Virus record (IMG/VR): IMGVR_UViG_3300045988_133551
Span: 1 to 50,263 of that record
Strand: one strand, 5' to 3'
DNA: 50,263 nucleotides
Origin: a virus
The notes beneath the pieces were generated by a model that was not told the origin of the DNA, searched no databases, and saw nothing but the letters and a program-made list of their open reading frames with translations. Below are positions 26,233 through 34,616 of the stretch, piece after piece; the first letter of the stretch is position 1, and the number at the start of each line of letters is the position of its first letter. Made by a program: the position numbers and the translations under genes.

Positions 26233-26463
26233 ATGGCCCAGAGAGACAACACCCGCCGCATCGCCGGCTTCCGCGGCGCGGAAGTGCAGAGCGGCGCAAG
26301 GCTGCTGATCCCGGTGCCCGCCGACGAGTATTCCCGCCTGACGCGGGATTCGGCGATGCTGGACGTGATCGCGGCATTCGCGGAAAAGAACAGCTACATC
26401 GACATGACGCTGGTCAAGACGCTGCTCGCGGCGCGCGGCCAGCAGGCTGAGGAGGAAGCGTAA
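26233..26463 (+). CDS. Hypothetical protein
   Basis: SD GGAGGAAATTGAA. 76 aa. Confidence 0.6.
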   Translation: MAQRDNTRRIAGFRGAEVQSGARLLIPVPADEYSRLTRDSAMLDVIAAFAEKNSYIDMTLVKTLLAARGQQAEEEA

Positions 26464-27101
26464 TGGCAATCCCGGTTCTGATTCTCGGCGAATCCGGCAC
26501 CGGCAAGACCACGAGTCTGCGAAACTGCCCCCCGGAGCGCTTCGGCATCATCAACGTCAGCAAAAAGCCGCTGCCCTTCCGCAGCAGCTTCAAGACCTAC
26601 AACACGGACGACTACGGCAAGATCACCGGCGCGCTGAAGCTGGCCAGGGCTCCGTCGATGGTGATCGACGACAGCCAGTACCTCATGGTCAACGCGTTTA
26701 TGCGGCGCTCGAAGGAAAAGGGCTACGACAAGTACACGGACATCGCCAACGCCCACTGGAGTCTGGTGGATTTCGTCATCAACAACCTGCCCGAGGACAT
26801 GATCGTGTACTTCATGTCCCACATCGACCGCGACCAGCAGGGCAACGAGAGGGCCAAGACCGTCGGACGCATGATCGACCAGTACATCACGCTGGAGGGC
26901 ATGTTCACCATCGTCCTCAAGACCCACGTGCAGGACGGGCACTACGGCTTCCTCACCCACAACAGCGGCTTCGACACGGTCAAGACTCCGCTGGGGATGT
27001 TCGAGGCCGACGAGATCGACAACGACCTCTTGATTGTGGACGACGCGATCCGCGAATTTTACAGCTTAGGAGGAAAACGCAATGATCCAGATTCCGAATG
27101 A
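26463..27101 (+). CDS. Sak4-like / AAA_24 RecA-type ATPase
   Basis: Walker A is LILGESGTGKTT. Walker B-like is MVIDDSQY. It sits next to the DUF669 gene. Confidence 0.8.
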   Translation: MAIPVLILGESGTGKTTSLRNCPPERFGIINVSKKPLPFRSSFKTYNTDDYGKITGALKLARAPSMVIDDSQYLMVNAFMRRSKEKGYDKYTDIANAHWSLVDFVINNLPEDMIVYFMSHIDRDQQGNERAKTVGRMIDQYITLEGMFTIVLKTHVQDGHYGFLTHNSGFDTVKTPLGMFEADEIDNDLLIVDDAIREFYSLGGKRNDPDSE

Positions 27102-27678
27102 CTACGACAGCGCCCGAGCCTATGACGGCAGCGCGCTCCAGCTCACTCCCGGCGGCCACATCTGCCGCATCCGCGGCGCGCGGGTGGAGCAGTCCAGAAA
27201 CGGAAACGACATGCTGGTGGTGGCCTTCGACGTCGTCGAGGAGGGCGAGTTCAACGGCTACTACCAGCGACGCTTCGAGCGCGCCAAGTCTTACAACGCC
27301 TATGCCAACTGGCCCGGCGTGTTCCGGACTGCGATCCTCACGGCAGATGGCAAGACCAACGGCTATTTCAAGGGCTTTATCGAGGCCGTGGAGGCCAGCA
27401 ACGCTGGCTATAATTTCCGCCAGAGCGGCGGAAACGAGGCGATGCTAAAGGGCAAACTGGTGGGCTTCAACTTCGGCGAGGAGGACTACCGGGCGCAGGA
27501 CGGCAGCGTCAAGACCGCCGTCAAGCCCTTCTACGCGGTGAGCGTTGCAAAGGTGCGCGAGGGAATCGCCCCTCCGGCGAAAAAGCTGCTGGCCGACGCA
27601 GGAAGCGCGCCCCGGCCCGTCGGACAGCCGGACGCAAACGGCTTTCAGCAGGTCGAGGACGACAAGCTGCCCTTTTGA
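27082..27678 (+). CDS. DUF669-like phage ssDNA-binding protein with SSB-type C-terminal tip
   Basis: Position after the Sak4-like ATPase. The C-terminus is ...QQVEDDKLPF. Confidence 0.7.
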   Translation: MIQIPNDYDSARAYDGSALQLTPGGHICRIRGARVEQSRNGNDMLVVAFDVVEEGEFNGYYQRRFERAKSYNAYANWPGVFRTAILTADGKTNGYFKGFIEAVEASNAGYNFRQSGGNEAMLKGKLVGFNFGEEDYRAQDGSVKTAVKPFYAVSVAKVREGIAPPAKKLLADAGSAPRPVGQPDANGFQQVEDDKLPF

Positions 27679-27689
27679 GGAGGCCGACA

Positions 27690-27800
27690 ATGCTGACGTG
27701 TGACGACTGCACCTGCTGCCGAGACTGCACCACGTGCGTGAGAAAGGAGTGCGAGCATGGCTGTGCCGAGCCGAACGGACATCCCCGTGGGGCGGAATAA
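27690..27800 (+). CDS. Possible 36-aa Cys-rich micro-protein (9 Cys)
   Basis: GAGGAGG lies 7 nt before the ATG. Sequence MLTCDDCTCCRDCTTCVRKECEHGCAEPNGHPRGAE. Overlaps the next gene by 44 nt. Confidence 0.35.
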   Translation: MLTCDDCTCCRDCTTCVRKECEHGCAEPNGHPRGAE

Positions 27801-28086
27801 CGCCATCACCCGCATGGCGCTGGCAGGGCGCTGGGACATGCCCGACCGCAAGGTGCGCAGGCAGATCGCCCGCTTCCGGGAGGATGACAGCGACGGCATG
27901 ATCGTCGTCTCCTCCTCCCGCGGGCGCGGCTACTACCGCACCAATGACCCGGATCAAATCCGCGCCTTTATCGGAGACACCTCCGCCCGCATCCGCAGCC
28001 TGTCGAGGCTCCTGATCTGTGCGCGGCGGGCGCTCAGGCGGGCGAACGGGCAGATGGAGATGGAGATCGAAAAGGAGGTTATGTAA
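27757..28086 (+). CDS. Hypothetical DNA-binding-like protein
   Basis: SD AAGGAG. 109 aa with RKVRRQIARFRED...RGYYRTNDPDQIRAFI. Confidence 0.65.
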   Translation: MAVPSRTDIPVGRNNAITRMALAGRWDMPDRKVRRQIARFREDDSDGMIVVSSSRGRGYYRTNDPDQIRAFIGDTSARIRSLSRLLICARRALRRANGQMEMEIEKEVM

Positions 28087-28307
28087 TGCCGTATTTTATG
28101 CCCTGCCCCTTTTGTGGAGCGAGAACGCCGATTGTGCGTCTTGAAACAGATATTTCTGATTTCACTCTGGAAAACCCGGATCACGTATGCCGCGTGAAAT
28201 GCGCCCTCTGCGGAGCACAGGGGCCGACTTTCAGCGACAAGGATTATCACAATGATTTCGAGGAGCTTGCGCGTGAGGCATGGAACATGCGCACCCCAAC
28301 GGACTGA
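28086..28307 (+). CDS. Lar-family restriction alleviation-like zinc-ribbon protein (copy 1)
   Basis: MPCPFCGA...VKCALCGAQGP...AREAWNMRTP. Confidence 0.65.
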   Translation: MPYFMPCPFCGARTPIVRLETDISDFTLENPDHVCRVKCALCGAQGPTFSDKDYHNDFEELAREAWNMRTPTD

Positions 28308-28310
28308 TCC

Positions 28311-29258
28311 ATGCCAAGACCCCAAAAGGCGGGGGTAGAGTACTTTCCGCTTGACGTCGAAAACGATGACAAGCTTGATCTAATCGAGGCGGAATTTGGG
28401 CTGACAGGGTTTGCAGTAATCGTCAAGCTTTATCAACGCATCTACAAGCTTGGTTATTACTGCGAATGGAATGACGAGGTTGCCTTGCTGTTCGGGAAGC
28501 GTCTAGGGACGGGTGGCAAGGCCGTTTCGGAAATAGTGTCCGCCGCGATCCGAAGGTCGCTGTTTGACGAGGAAATCTACAGGAAGTACGGCGTTTTGAC
28601 GAGCAGAGGCATCCAGAAACGCTACTTTGAGATTGTCGCCCGTCGAAGAAATGTAGAGGTCGAACAGCGCTACCTTCTGGTTTCCTGCGAGCTCATCCCC
28701 GTAAATGTCAACATCATGTATGCAGAAACCCCGGTTAATGTCAACACCATGCAGGCAGAAACCCCGGAAAATGCATACAGAAGTACACAAAGTAAAGTAA
28801 AGGAAAGTAAAGTAAAGGAAAGTAAAGTACTGCTGCATGAGCGCCCCCTCGCGGCGGCGGCAGTGGAGACGGATCAGCGCCCTGATTTCAACACCGTCGA
28901 GGCCTACGCCTCGGGCAATCTCCGCTATCTGTCTCCGGGCAACATGGAGGAGCTTGCGTCCTTTGCCGAGGACTTTCCGGCGGACATGCTCCGCTACGCC
29001 ATCGACCTCGCCGTCGGGGCGGGAAAGCCCGCCTGGAATTACGTGCGCGGCATACTGCGCAGCTGGCAGTCCAAGGGCTTTAAGACCATCGGCGACGCGC
29101 GGAATGAGGAGCGGCCGGCGCAGGCCTCCCGCAGCCTGTATCCGGCGAAGCCCAACCCCGCCCTGCAATACGAGCAGCGCCAGCACGCCGAAAGCGACTA
29201 CAGCGACCTGTACATCGATTTGGACAAGCTCTACGGCGAAGGAGGCGACGGCAAATGA
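28311..29258 (+). CDS. Replication initiator (DUF4373-like N-terminus + DnaD/DnaB_2-like C-terminus)
   Basis: N-terminal VEYFPLDV...FGLTGFAVIVKLYQRIY and C-terminal MLRYAIDLAVGAGKPAWNYVRGILRSWQSKGFKT. Confidence 0.8.
   Translation: MPRPQKAGVEYFPLDVENDDKLDLIEAEFGLTGFAVIVKLYQRIYKLGYYCEWNDEVALLFGKRLGTGGKAVSEIVSAAIRRSLFDEEIYRKYGVLTSRGIQKRYFEIVARRRNVEVEQRYLLVSCELIPVNVNIMYAETPVNVNTMQAETPENAYRSTQSKVKESKVKESKVLLHERPLAAAAVETDQRPDFNTVEAYASGNLRYLSPGNMEELASFAEDFPADMLRYAIDLAVGAGKPAWNYVRGILRSWQSKGFKTIGDARNEERPAQASRSLYPAKPNPALQYEQRQHAESDYSDLYIDLDKLYGEGGDGK
28697..28829. repeat. Candidate replication origin: about 32-bp iterons x2.6 plus a 15-bp tandem repeat x2.6 inside the initiator gene
   Basis: ccccgtaaatgtcaacatcatgtatgcagaaa / ccccggttaatgtcaacaccatgcaggcagaaa / ccccggaaaatgcatacagaa, followed by (agtaaagtaaaggaa)x2 plus agtaaagta. 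The region is locally AT-rich. Confidence 0.6.
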
Positions 29259-29488
29259 CCAGCGCAGAAATGATCCTGCGCCGCCAGGTGCGCGACAGCA
29301 TCGCCCTCTTGCGCGGCGAGCTGACCGCCCAGCAGCGCAGGACGCTCCTCGGCCAGACCCACAGCGACCCGGAGGCCGCGTGGAAGGGCCTGAACACAAT
29401 CATGCGAAGGAGGAAGCGGCATGAAGCTCATTCTGACGCTCTGGGGCGCTCCCAGAACGAAGAAGAACAGCCAGTCGATACGTTGTAA
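29255..29488 (+). CDS. Hypothetical protein
   Basis: ATGA overlap with the initiator gene. SD GGAGG. The 3' end overlaps rusA. Confidence 0.5.
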   Translation: MTSAEMILRRQVRDSIALLRGELTAQQRRTLLGQTHSDPEAAWKGLNTIMRRRKRHEAHSDALGRSQNEEEQPVDTL

Positions 29489-29810
29489 CCCCCGAACGGG
29501 AAGACGCTTTATCAGCCCCTCAGAGGCTTACAAGGTCTACGAGGCGGACTGCCTCCGCCAGATTCCCGGCAGGGCCCGCCAGAAAATCGACCTGCCGGTC
29601 AACGTCCGCTGCGTGTACTACATGCCCACCCGGCGCAGGGTCGACCTGACCAACCTGCTGGAGGCCACGGACGATCTCCTCGTCCGGGCGGGGGTGCTGG
29701 CGGACGACAACAGTCAGATCGTCGCCGCCCACGACGGAAGCCGCGTGCGGCTCGACCGGGAGAACCCCCGGGTGGAGATCGAGATTGTCTCGATGATGGA
29801 GGGAATGTAA
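29421..29810 (+). CDS. rusA: RusA-family Holliday junction resolvase
   Basis: LWGAPRTKKNSQ...VDLTNLLEATDDLLVRAGVLADDNSQIV. Confidence 0.85.
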   Translation: MKLILTLWGAPRTKKNSQSIRCNPRTGRRFISPSEAYKVYEADCLRQIPGRARQKIDLPVNVRCVYYMPTRRRVDLTNLLEATDDLLVRAGVLADDNSQIVAAHDGSRVRLDRENPRVEIEIVSMMEGM

Positions 29811-30394
29811 TGGGCGCAAAGATTGACATGATCGGCAGGCGCTACAACCACTGGACGGTGATCGCCGAAGCGGAACCCAGCCCGAGCGGAAGAATCCGAT
29901 ACATGTGCCGCTGCGACTGCGGATTTGAAAAAATAATCCACGGTGAAACGCTCCGTTACGGGCATACGCATATGTGCGCCGGATGCGCAGTCAAAGAGCA
30001 GCAAACCAAGAAACAAAGCAGAAAAGCGCTCAAAGGTGAAACGCGCGTCTCCGACGCTCCCCCGGCGGCGGTCTACGTCCCCACGCTTGGCCCGCGATAC
30101 TACCTGATGCGAGGCCGGCAGGCCTATGGCCTCTCCGTTGCGGAAATGGCGCGGAAGCTCGAAATCTCCCCGCTGCTGCTGGACTGGCTGGAGCAGGACG
30201 ACAAGACCGTCACCCATCCCAAGATCGTCGAGCGCATCGCCAAGGCCTACGGCCTGACCGAGGAGCAGTGCGTGGGCATGCTGCCGAAAAACTACCGCCC
30301 CGGGCATGACTACGATCCAGACCGCTACGCCCTGCCGGAAGAGGTGCTCAGGCATTTTACGGTCATGCCTGGATACGTCCGGGTGTGGAAATGA
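29810..30394 (+). CDS. Zinc-finger + HTH protein (putative regulator)
   Basis: IGRRYNHWTVIAE...YMCRCDCG...CAGC, then RQAYGLSVAEMARKLEISPLLLDWLEQ. Confidence 0.65.
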   Translation: MGAKIDMIGRRYNHWTVIAEAEPSPSGRIRYMCRCDCGFEKIIHGETLRYGHTHMCAGCAVKEQQTKKQSRKALKGETRVSDAPPAAVYVPTLGPRYYLMRGRQAYGLSVAEMARKLEISPLLLDWLEQDDKTVTHPKIVERIAKAYGLTEEQCVGMLPKNYRPGHDYDPDRYALPEEVLRHFTVMPGYVRVWK

Positions 30395-30770
30395 GAGGAA
30401 ATGGATGAGAACGGCGGCGAGGCGAGCTGAAAAGAAATGGAGAAGAGAAGATCCGACTGGACTTGCGATGAACCGCATTGACATGGAAACGCATTGAGCT
30501 GAGCAGACTTGAGAAGAAAAGGATGAGATTGGATACGACATGAATCGAAAAGAAACGGAGGAGAAAAGACGCGCGTGGAAAAGGATATGAGATGTACTGA
30601 GAAGCAATGAATTGCAACGGAAAAGATGGGAGTGGCTGAGAGCTGAGGTGAAAAGATCAGACTTGCGAGGGATTTGCACTGCACTGATACGAATTGCAAT
30701 GGAAAGGAATAGCTCTGCATAGCTGCGATATGAAATGGCGCGGGGCCAAACAATTGAGGAGGAAAAAAAC
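30395..30770 (+). ncRNA. 376-nt purine-rich non-coding element (candidate ncRNA / structured leader; function unknown)
   Basis: About 70% purine on the plus strand by hand count. Stops occur in all three plus frames, about 20 of them TGA. The longest ATG ORF is about 16 codons. All three minus frames are open only because of base composition. Confidence 0.4.
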
Positions 30771-31364
30771 ATGAAGGAACTGAGAATCAGGATCACTCTG
30801 ACGGAAGAAGCCCTGGGCATGATGCCCGCGAACCCTGAAATCTACCGCGACTACATCGCCAGCAACGCGCCCGACGCGGCGAAGTTGGCGGAGGAGATCG
30901 AAGAAAACGGCGTGGACGCGATGGTGGAGAACGGAACCACCGTTTTCCCGAGGCTGGAGGACGGCCGCCCGTTCTTCTGGGACTACCAGATTCGGGGCAT
31001 GTTCAAGGATTCTATCGGCATGCTTCGTCGCGTGCCGGGAACGGCGTGCAGCAAGCTCAAGGCCTACAAAAAGTTCGTCGACGGCCTGATTTTCGTCCGG
31101 GAGCGTAAAATCCCCGTGGAGGTATGCGGCGAGATGGGCAACTGTCAGCGCTCGCTGCGAACGGACGGCCCGACGGGCAGCCGCACCGCGCTGGCCAGCA
31201 GCGAGACCGTTCCGGCGGGGAGCACGATGACGATGACGATTGTGATGCTGACGGACGAGCTGGAGGCGGTCGTCAAAGAGTGCCTGGACTATGGCGCGCT
31301 GCGCGGCCTCGGCCAGTGGCGCAATTCCGGCAAAGGCCGCTTCGCATGGGAGGAAATATGTTGA
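30771..31364 (+). CDS. Hypothetical protein (Gly-rich C-terminal loop GLGQWRNSGKGRF)
   Basis: ATG lies after GAGGAGGAAAAAAAC. 197 aa. I do not recognise the family. Confidence 0.7.
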   Translation: MKELRIRITLTEEALGMMPANPEIYRDYIASNAPDAAKLAEEIEENGVDAMVENGTTVFPRLEDGRPFFWDYQIRGMFKDSIGMLRRVPGTACSKLKAYKKFVDGLIFVRERKIPVEVCGEMGNCQRSLRTDGPTGSRTALASSETVPAGSTMTMTIVMLTDELEAVVKECLDYGALRGLGQWRNSGKGRFAWEEIC

Positions 31365-31498
31365 ATCAGATCATCAAGGCGGTGCTCATCGCCTACATTT
31401 TCCTGATCGGCGGTATTGCCGGTTACAACCTTGCCCTGCTGGGCTTCGGCCTGCGGAGCTTCGACGGAGAGTTTGAGGAGGAGGCAGACGATGATTGA
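31358..31498 (+). CDS. Hypothetical 46-aa single-TM peptide
   Basis: SD GGGAGGAAAT. Sequence MLNQIIKAVLIAYIFLIGGIAGYNLALLGFGL... with an acidic tail. Confidence 0.55.
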   Translation: MLNQIIKAVLIAYIFLIGGIAGYNLALLGFGLRSFDGEFEEEADDD

Positions 31499-32090
31499 CA
31501 AATCTTTGCGCAAGGCCACGGCAAAGCGCTGCGGCGATGTAATCGCAATCCACATGGTGGGCGGAGGGGATTGCCTGTGGATGAACATGTACCTTGACGA
31601 GGCGACCGGGCAGATGACCTGCGACAGCGATATTGGCAGTTACGCCTATCACTGGGGGCGGCACATTGACGATCGCCAGAGCTGGCTGGATTTCTGCTGC
31701 GAATGGTTATCCTGCGAGGAGTGGCTGCTACGCAAGTGCTGCGGTGAGCGACACGCCGAGATGGAATTTGATTGCGATGCAACCCTTGAAAATTTGCGCT
31801 TGCTGCTGATGGAAGGCAAAGAGGATGATGAGGACGCACAATGGTATGTTGAGTATACGCTAGAAGCGGCTGCTGGCTATGACAAGCGCAGAGAGTTCGC
31901 GGCGGCGCTAAATGTGGCAGCAGACATACAGAGCGTTGACCTGCCGGATGAATGGTGGGACTGTATGGTGGAGCGTTACACGCCGTGGCAGAAGCGCTTC
32001 GCGGAAATTTGCCGAGAGGTGATCGTCCCGGCGATTCGGGCGATGGTGGAAAAGGAGGATGTGGAGAATGGACAGGATCGCGACGTGTAG
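31491..32090 (+). CDS. Hypothetical Cys/Trp-rich protein
   Basis: SD GAGGAGGAGG. 199 aa. Confidence 0.65.
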   Translation: MIDKSLRKATAKRCGDVIAIHMVGGGDCLWMNMYLDEATGQMTCDSDIGSYAYHWGRHIDDRQSWLDFCCEWLSCEEWLLRKCCGERHAEMEFDCDATLENLRLLLMEGKEDDEDAQWYVEYTLEAAAGYDKRREFAAALNVAADIQSVDLPDEWWDCMVERYTPWQKRFAEICREVIVPAIRAMVEKEDVENGQDRDV

Positions 32091-32379
32091 CGTCATCCGG
32101 GGAAACGGCGGCGTGGAGGCCTACGTCAACGGCGTGGTCTCCGAGGAGCTTCGCCGCCAGAACGCCATCCGGGAGGCGGAGGAAGCCGCCCTGCGGGCGG
32201 AGCTGGCCGTGACCCGAGCGCGGCGGAACAGGCTGCTGGCCGAAGACCTGCGGATACGGCGAACCGTGCGGAAGCGCCCGCTGCGCCAGCGCGTGCGGGA
32301 CAGGATCGCGGACGGCTGGGCGTGGGTGATGGGGTGCATTGTGACGTATCCCAAGCTGATCCAAATGTGGAAGCAATGA
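32068..32379 (+). CDS. Hypothetical protein (coiled coil + C-terminal hydrophobic segment)
   Basis: ATG lies 9 nt after AAGGAGG. Confidence 0.55.
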   Translation: MDRIATCSVIRGNGGVEAYVNGVVSEELRRQNAIREAEEAALRAELAVTRARRNRLLAEDLRIRRTVRKRPLRQRVRDRIADGWAWVMGCIVTYPKLIQMWKQ

Positions 32380-32594
32380 CGCGGACAATCGAATGGGTGG
32401 ACAAGCGGGATCGGATGCCCACGGCGGCGGATGCAGACGCTGTGGGCGCGATCCTGGCGTGGAACGTCCACGACGGACTGCATCTGACCAACCCGGCGGT
32501 GTTTCGATCGTACGGGACTTTTTACACCCATTGGGCGACGCCGCCCGAGGGGCCGGAGGGGGCGGGAGGCACATGGGAGAAACGGAAAATCTGA
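32376..32594 (+). CDS. DUF551-like protein (copy 1)
   Basis: IEWVDKRDRMPTAAD...THWATPPEGP. Confidence 0.6.
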   Translation: MTRTIEWVDKRDRMPTAADADAVGAILAWNVHDGLHLTNPAVFRSYGTFYTHWATPPEGPEGAGGTWEKRKI

Positions 32595-33328
32595 AATCCG
32601 AGACGGGATGCACGGTGCGGGATTACATGCTGGCGGCCGTCGAGGCGGCGGGGGGCGGGCGGAAGCTCGCCGAGGCCATCGGCAGAAACGAGGAGCGGAT
32701 TTACAACTGGGCGAGCGCGGAGCAACTGCCAAAGGTACGGATGCTGCTGGAAATCGAAGGAAAATCGGGCGTGAGCCTGGACGAATATCTGCCGGAGATA
32801 CGGCGGGGCATGCGAGCCGTGGAGGAGATGCGCAAAGCCGGTCAGGGGATCAGCAAAAGAGACAGGGCCGCGCTGGGAATCGGGCACAACAGCTGGTGCG
32901 ATTACATGAGAGGCGACAGAGCGGCGGATGGACTGAGTCTGACCACGCTGTTTGCAGCGTGCCGGTTTTTCGAGGGAAAAATTAAGCCGCTGCCGAAGCC
33001 GCCGCGGAAGAAGCCCAGGCCGGCAGCCGAGGGAGAGCTTGTGATCAAAGCGGAGCCGACGGCCAAACCGACGCGGAAGCTGTCGGCGGAGGAAATGCGG
33101 CGGGAAATGGCCTACGGGTTTTACAGGCAGGCGATGGGCACGGGAGACGCGAGGGACTTCGAATTCGGGGAAGCGGCGGACGGGAGCTATCGATTCCGGA
33201 CGGCGCACTACGACGGGATTATCGATCTCAGGGCGATGGAGCTGCGGGTGATTTTCCGCAGGACGGGACATATCAGCATAAGGAGGGATCTGCATGCGGG
33301 ACAGGCCATGCCCGTGCCGCGGCTGTGA
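32573..33328 (+). CDS. Hypothetical protein
   Basis: 251-aa ORF after GGGAGG. The N-terminal extension in the track was trimmed. Confidence 0.6.
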   Translation: MGETENLKSETGCTVRDYMLAAVEAAGGGRKLAEAIGRNEERIYNWASAEQLPKVRMLLEIEGKSGVSLDEYLPEIRRGMRAVEEMRKAGQGISKRDRAALGIGHNSWCDYMRGDRAADGLSLTTLFAACRFFEGKIKPLPKPPRKKPRPAAEGELVIKAEPTAKPTRKLSAEEMRREMAYGFYRQAMGTGDARDFEFGEAADGSYRFRTAHYDGIIDLRAMELRVIFRRTGHISIRRDLHAGQAMPVPRL

Positions 33329-33512
33329 GACGCGGGCGGAGGGATGCCGCGCCAACTGCCCGAGGGACTACGGCTACAGCGAGTGGGCCGCGGAGCATGC
33401 GGCCAATCGGGGCGCGGAAAGCCGGGCGCGGCAAAGCGAGGGAGAGGCGATGGCGACCGCGGACGAAGGCCGGAGAAGGCGCGGAAGGATACGGAGGAGG
33501 GAGAAGGCATGA
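33294..33512 (+). CDS. Cys-rich small basic protein
   Basis: SD AAGGAGGG. Sequence MRDRPCPCRGCETRAEGCRANCPRDYG... Confidence 0.55.
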   Translation: MRDRPCPCRGCETRAEGCRANCPRDYGYSEWAAEHAANRGAESRARQSEGEAMATADEGRRRRGRIRRREKA

Positions 33513-33640
33513 TCCACAACAGCTGCGAAGGATGCAGACACAACCTCGGCGGCGGGTGCTGCCGTCTGAACATGGAGCAGGAATGCCGCGAGGGAGGCGG
33601 GTTTGAATTGTGGGAGGTAAAGAACGATGACCGAGATTAA
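33509..33640 (+). CDS. Cys-rich 43-aa micro-protein
   Basis: SD GGAGGAGGGAGAAGGC. Sequence MIHNSCEGCRHNLGGGCCRLNMEQECREGGGFELWE... ATGA overlap with the previous gene. Confidence 0.5.
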   Translation: MIHNSCEGCRHNLGGGCCRLNMEQECREGGGFELWEVKNDDRD

Positions 33641-33863
33641 AGGATGCCCATTCTGCGGAGCGAAGCCCGAAATCTGGCAATCGAGTTCTGGACACAATAA
33701 TCGTGGGCAATATACCGCAAACTTCACGATCAAATGCAATAAGTGCAATATAAGCATTACGCGCGAAAGTCGATTCGCTCTTGAAGCTGGGTCAGCAGTA
33801 TTTGAGGCAAACGGCTATGTTGAATGTATTAATGCGTGGAACAGGAGGGCTGAGAATGGCTGA
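33627..33863 (+). CDS. Lar-family restriction alleviation-like zinc-ribbon protein (copy 2)
   Basis: KGCPFCGAKPEIW...IKCNKCNISI...ECINAWNRRAENG. GC is low. Confidence 0.7.
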   Translation: MTEIKGCPFCGAKPEIWQSSSGHNNRGQYTANFTIKCNKCNISITRESRFALEAGSAVFEANGYVECINAWNRRAENG

Positions 33864-34245
33864 ATTTGTTGAGACCATGAAACAGGCGTATCGGATATGT
33901 GGATGTCATACGGCAATCAACAAAGACTACTGCGAGGATTGCTTGTTGGCAACGGAGAACGGAGGGTGTATGTTTGACCCGCTTGAAAAAATTGATCCAG
34001 AAATCATAGAGCGCCGCGTCGTGAAATGGGCCGAAGAGCATCCCGAGCCGGTGTATCCGAACTTGAACGAGGCGTGGATAAACCTGTTTCCCGATTCCTT
34101 GGAGGTACCGTGCCCTAAGAGGTTGTTCGGCGAGGACTATTATCCAATTTTTGTCTGCGAAAAACATGATTGTGCCTACTGCAAAGCCATGCCGATGCAT
34201 CCCGATGTTGCAAATAAGCTGGGGATCAAGCCGAAGGAGGAATGA
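33856..34245 (+). CDS. Hypothetical Cys-rich protein
   Basis: 129 aa. Start overlaps the Lar stop. GC is low. Confidence 0.6.
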   Translation: MAEFVETMKQAYRICGCHTAINKDYCEDCLLATENGGCMFDPLEKIDPEIIERRVVKWAEEHPEPVYPNLNEAWINLFPDSLEVPCPKRLFGEDYYPIFVCEKHDCAYCKAMPMHPDVANKLGIKPKEE

Positions 34246-34616
34246 ACGTGCTGGAATATGATTTCACCGCCAAATTCATCGACGAGGTCGTTCACCGGTT
34301 TCTGATCGGTGAGCAGATCAGCGAGATCGCCGACGACACCTACAACCCGGTCGAGGACATTGAGGAGCTACTCCGGCAGCGGCTGTCCGAAACCACGAGG
34401 AAAATTGACGCAATGCAGAAGGCGCAGAATAATTCCGCGCCTCCTGCCGCAGACGTAACGCAGGTGGTTAGGTGCAGGGACTGCGTGTGCATGGGCAAGC
34501 GGCCTCCGATGCCCGAGGGATACCGGGAGGATTGCGGATGGTGCATGCTGCATGGGCGCGTGGTACTGCCGGAGGATTATTGCAGCAATGGAGAGAGGAT
34601 GGATGACGATGCTTGA
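34242..34616 (+). CDS. Hypothetical protein (C-terminal Cys cluster)
   Basis: Follows GAAGGAGG. The start may be GTG 34248 instead of ATG 34242. Confidence 0.6.
   Translation: MNVLEYDFTAKFIDEVVHRFLIGEQISEIADDTYNPVEDIEELLRQRLSETTRKIDAMQKAQNNSAPPAADVTQVVRCRDCVCMGKRPPMPEGYREDCGWCMLHGRVVLPEDYCSNGERMDDDA

Noticed and set aside
28791-28829. Short tandem repeats that could be mistaken for a CRISPR array.
   Set aside because: The units are only 15 bp, are directly abutting with no spacers, and lie in frame inside the initiator gene. No CRISPR-like repeat-spacer array was seen anywhere in the window.
30395-30770. CsrA-type sponge RNA, based on about 16 GGA motifs.
   Set aside because: Not adopted as the call. 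With roughly 33% G and 40% A, the expected number of GGA triplets in 376 nt is about the same as observed, and I could not see the motifs presented in hairpin loops. It is kept only as one hypothesis under the finding.
29714-30820. 368-aa minus-strand ORF, plus 30325..30753 and 30363..30617, covering the purine-rich element.
   Set aside because: All three minus frames are open simultaneously because the plus strand is purine-rich (few TTA/CTA/TCA triplets). The products are Ser/Phe/Leu low-complexity, and the longest one also runs antisense through rusA and the 29810 gene.
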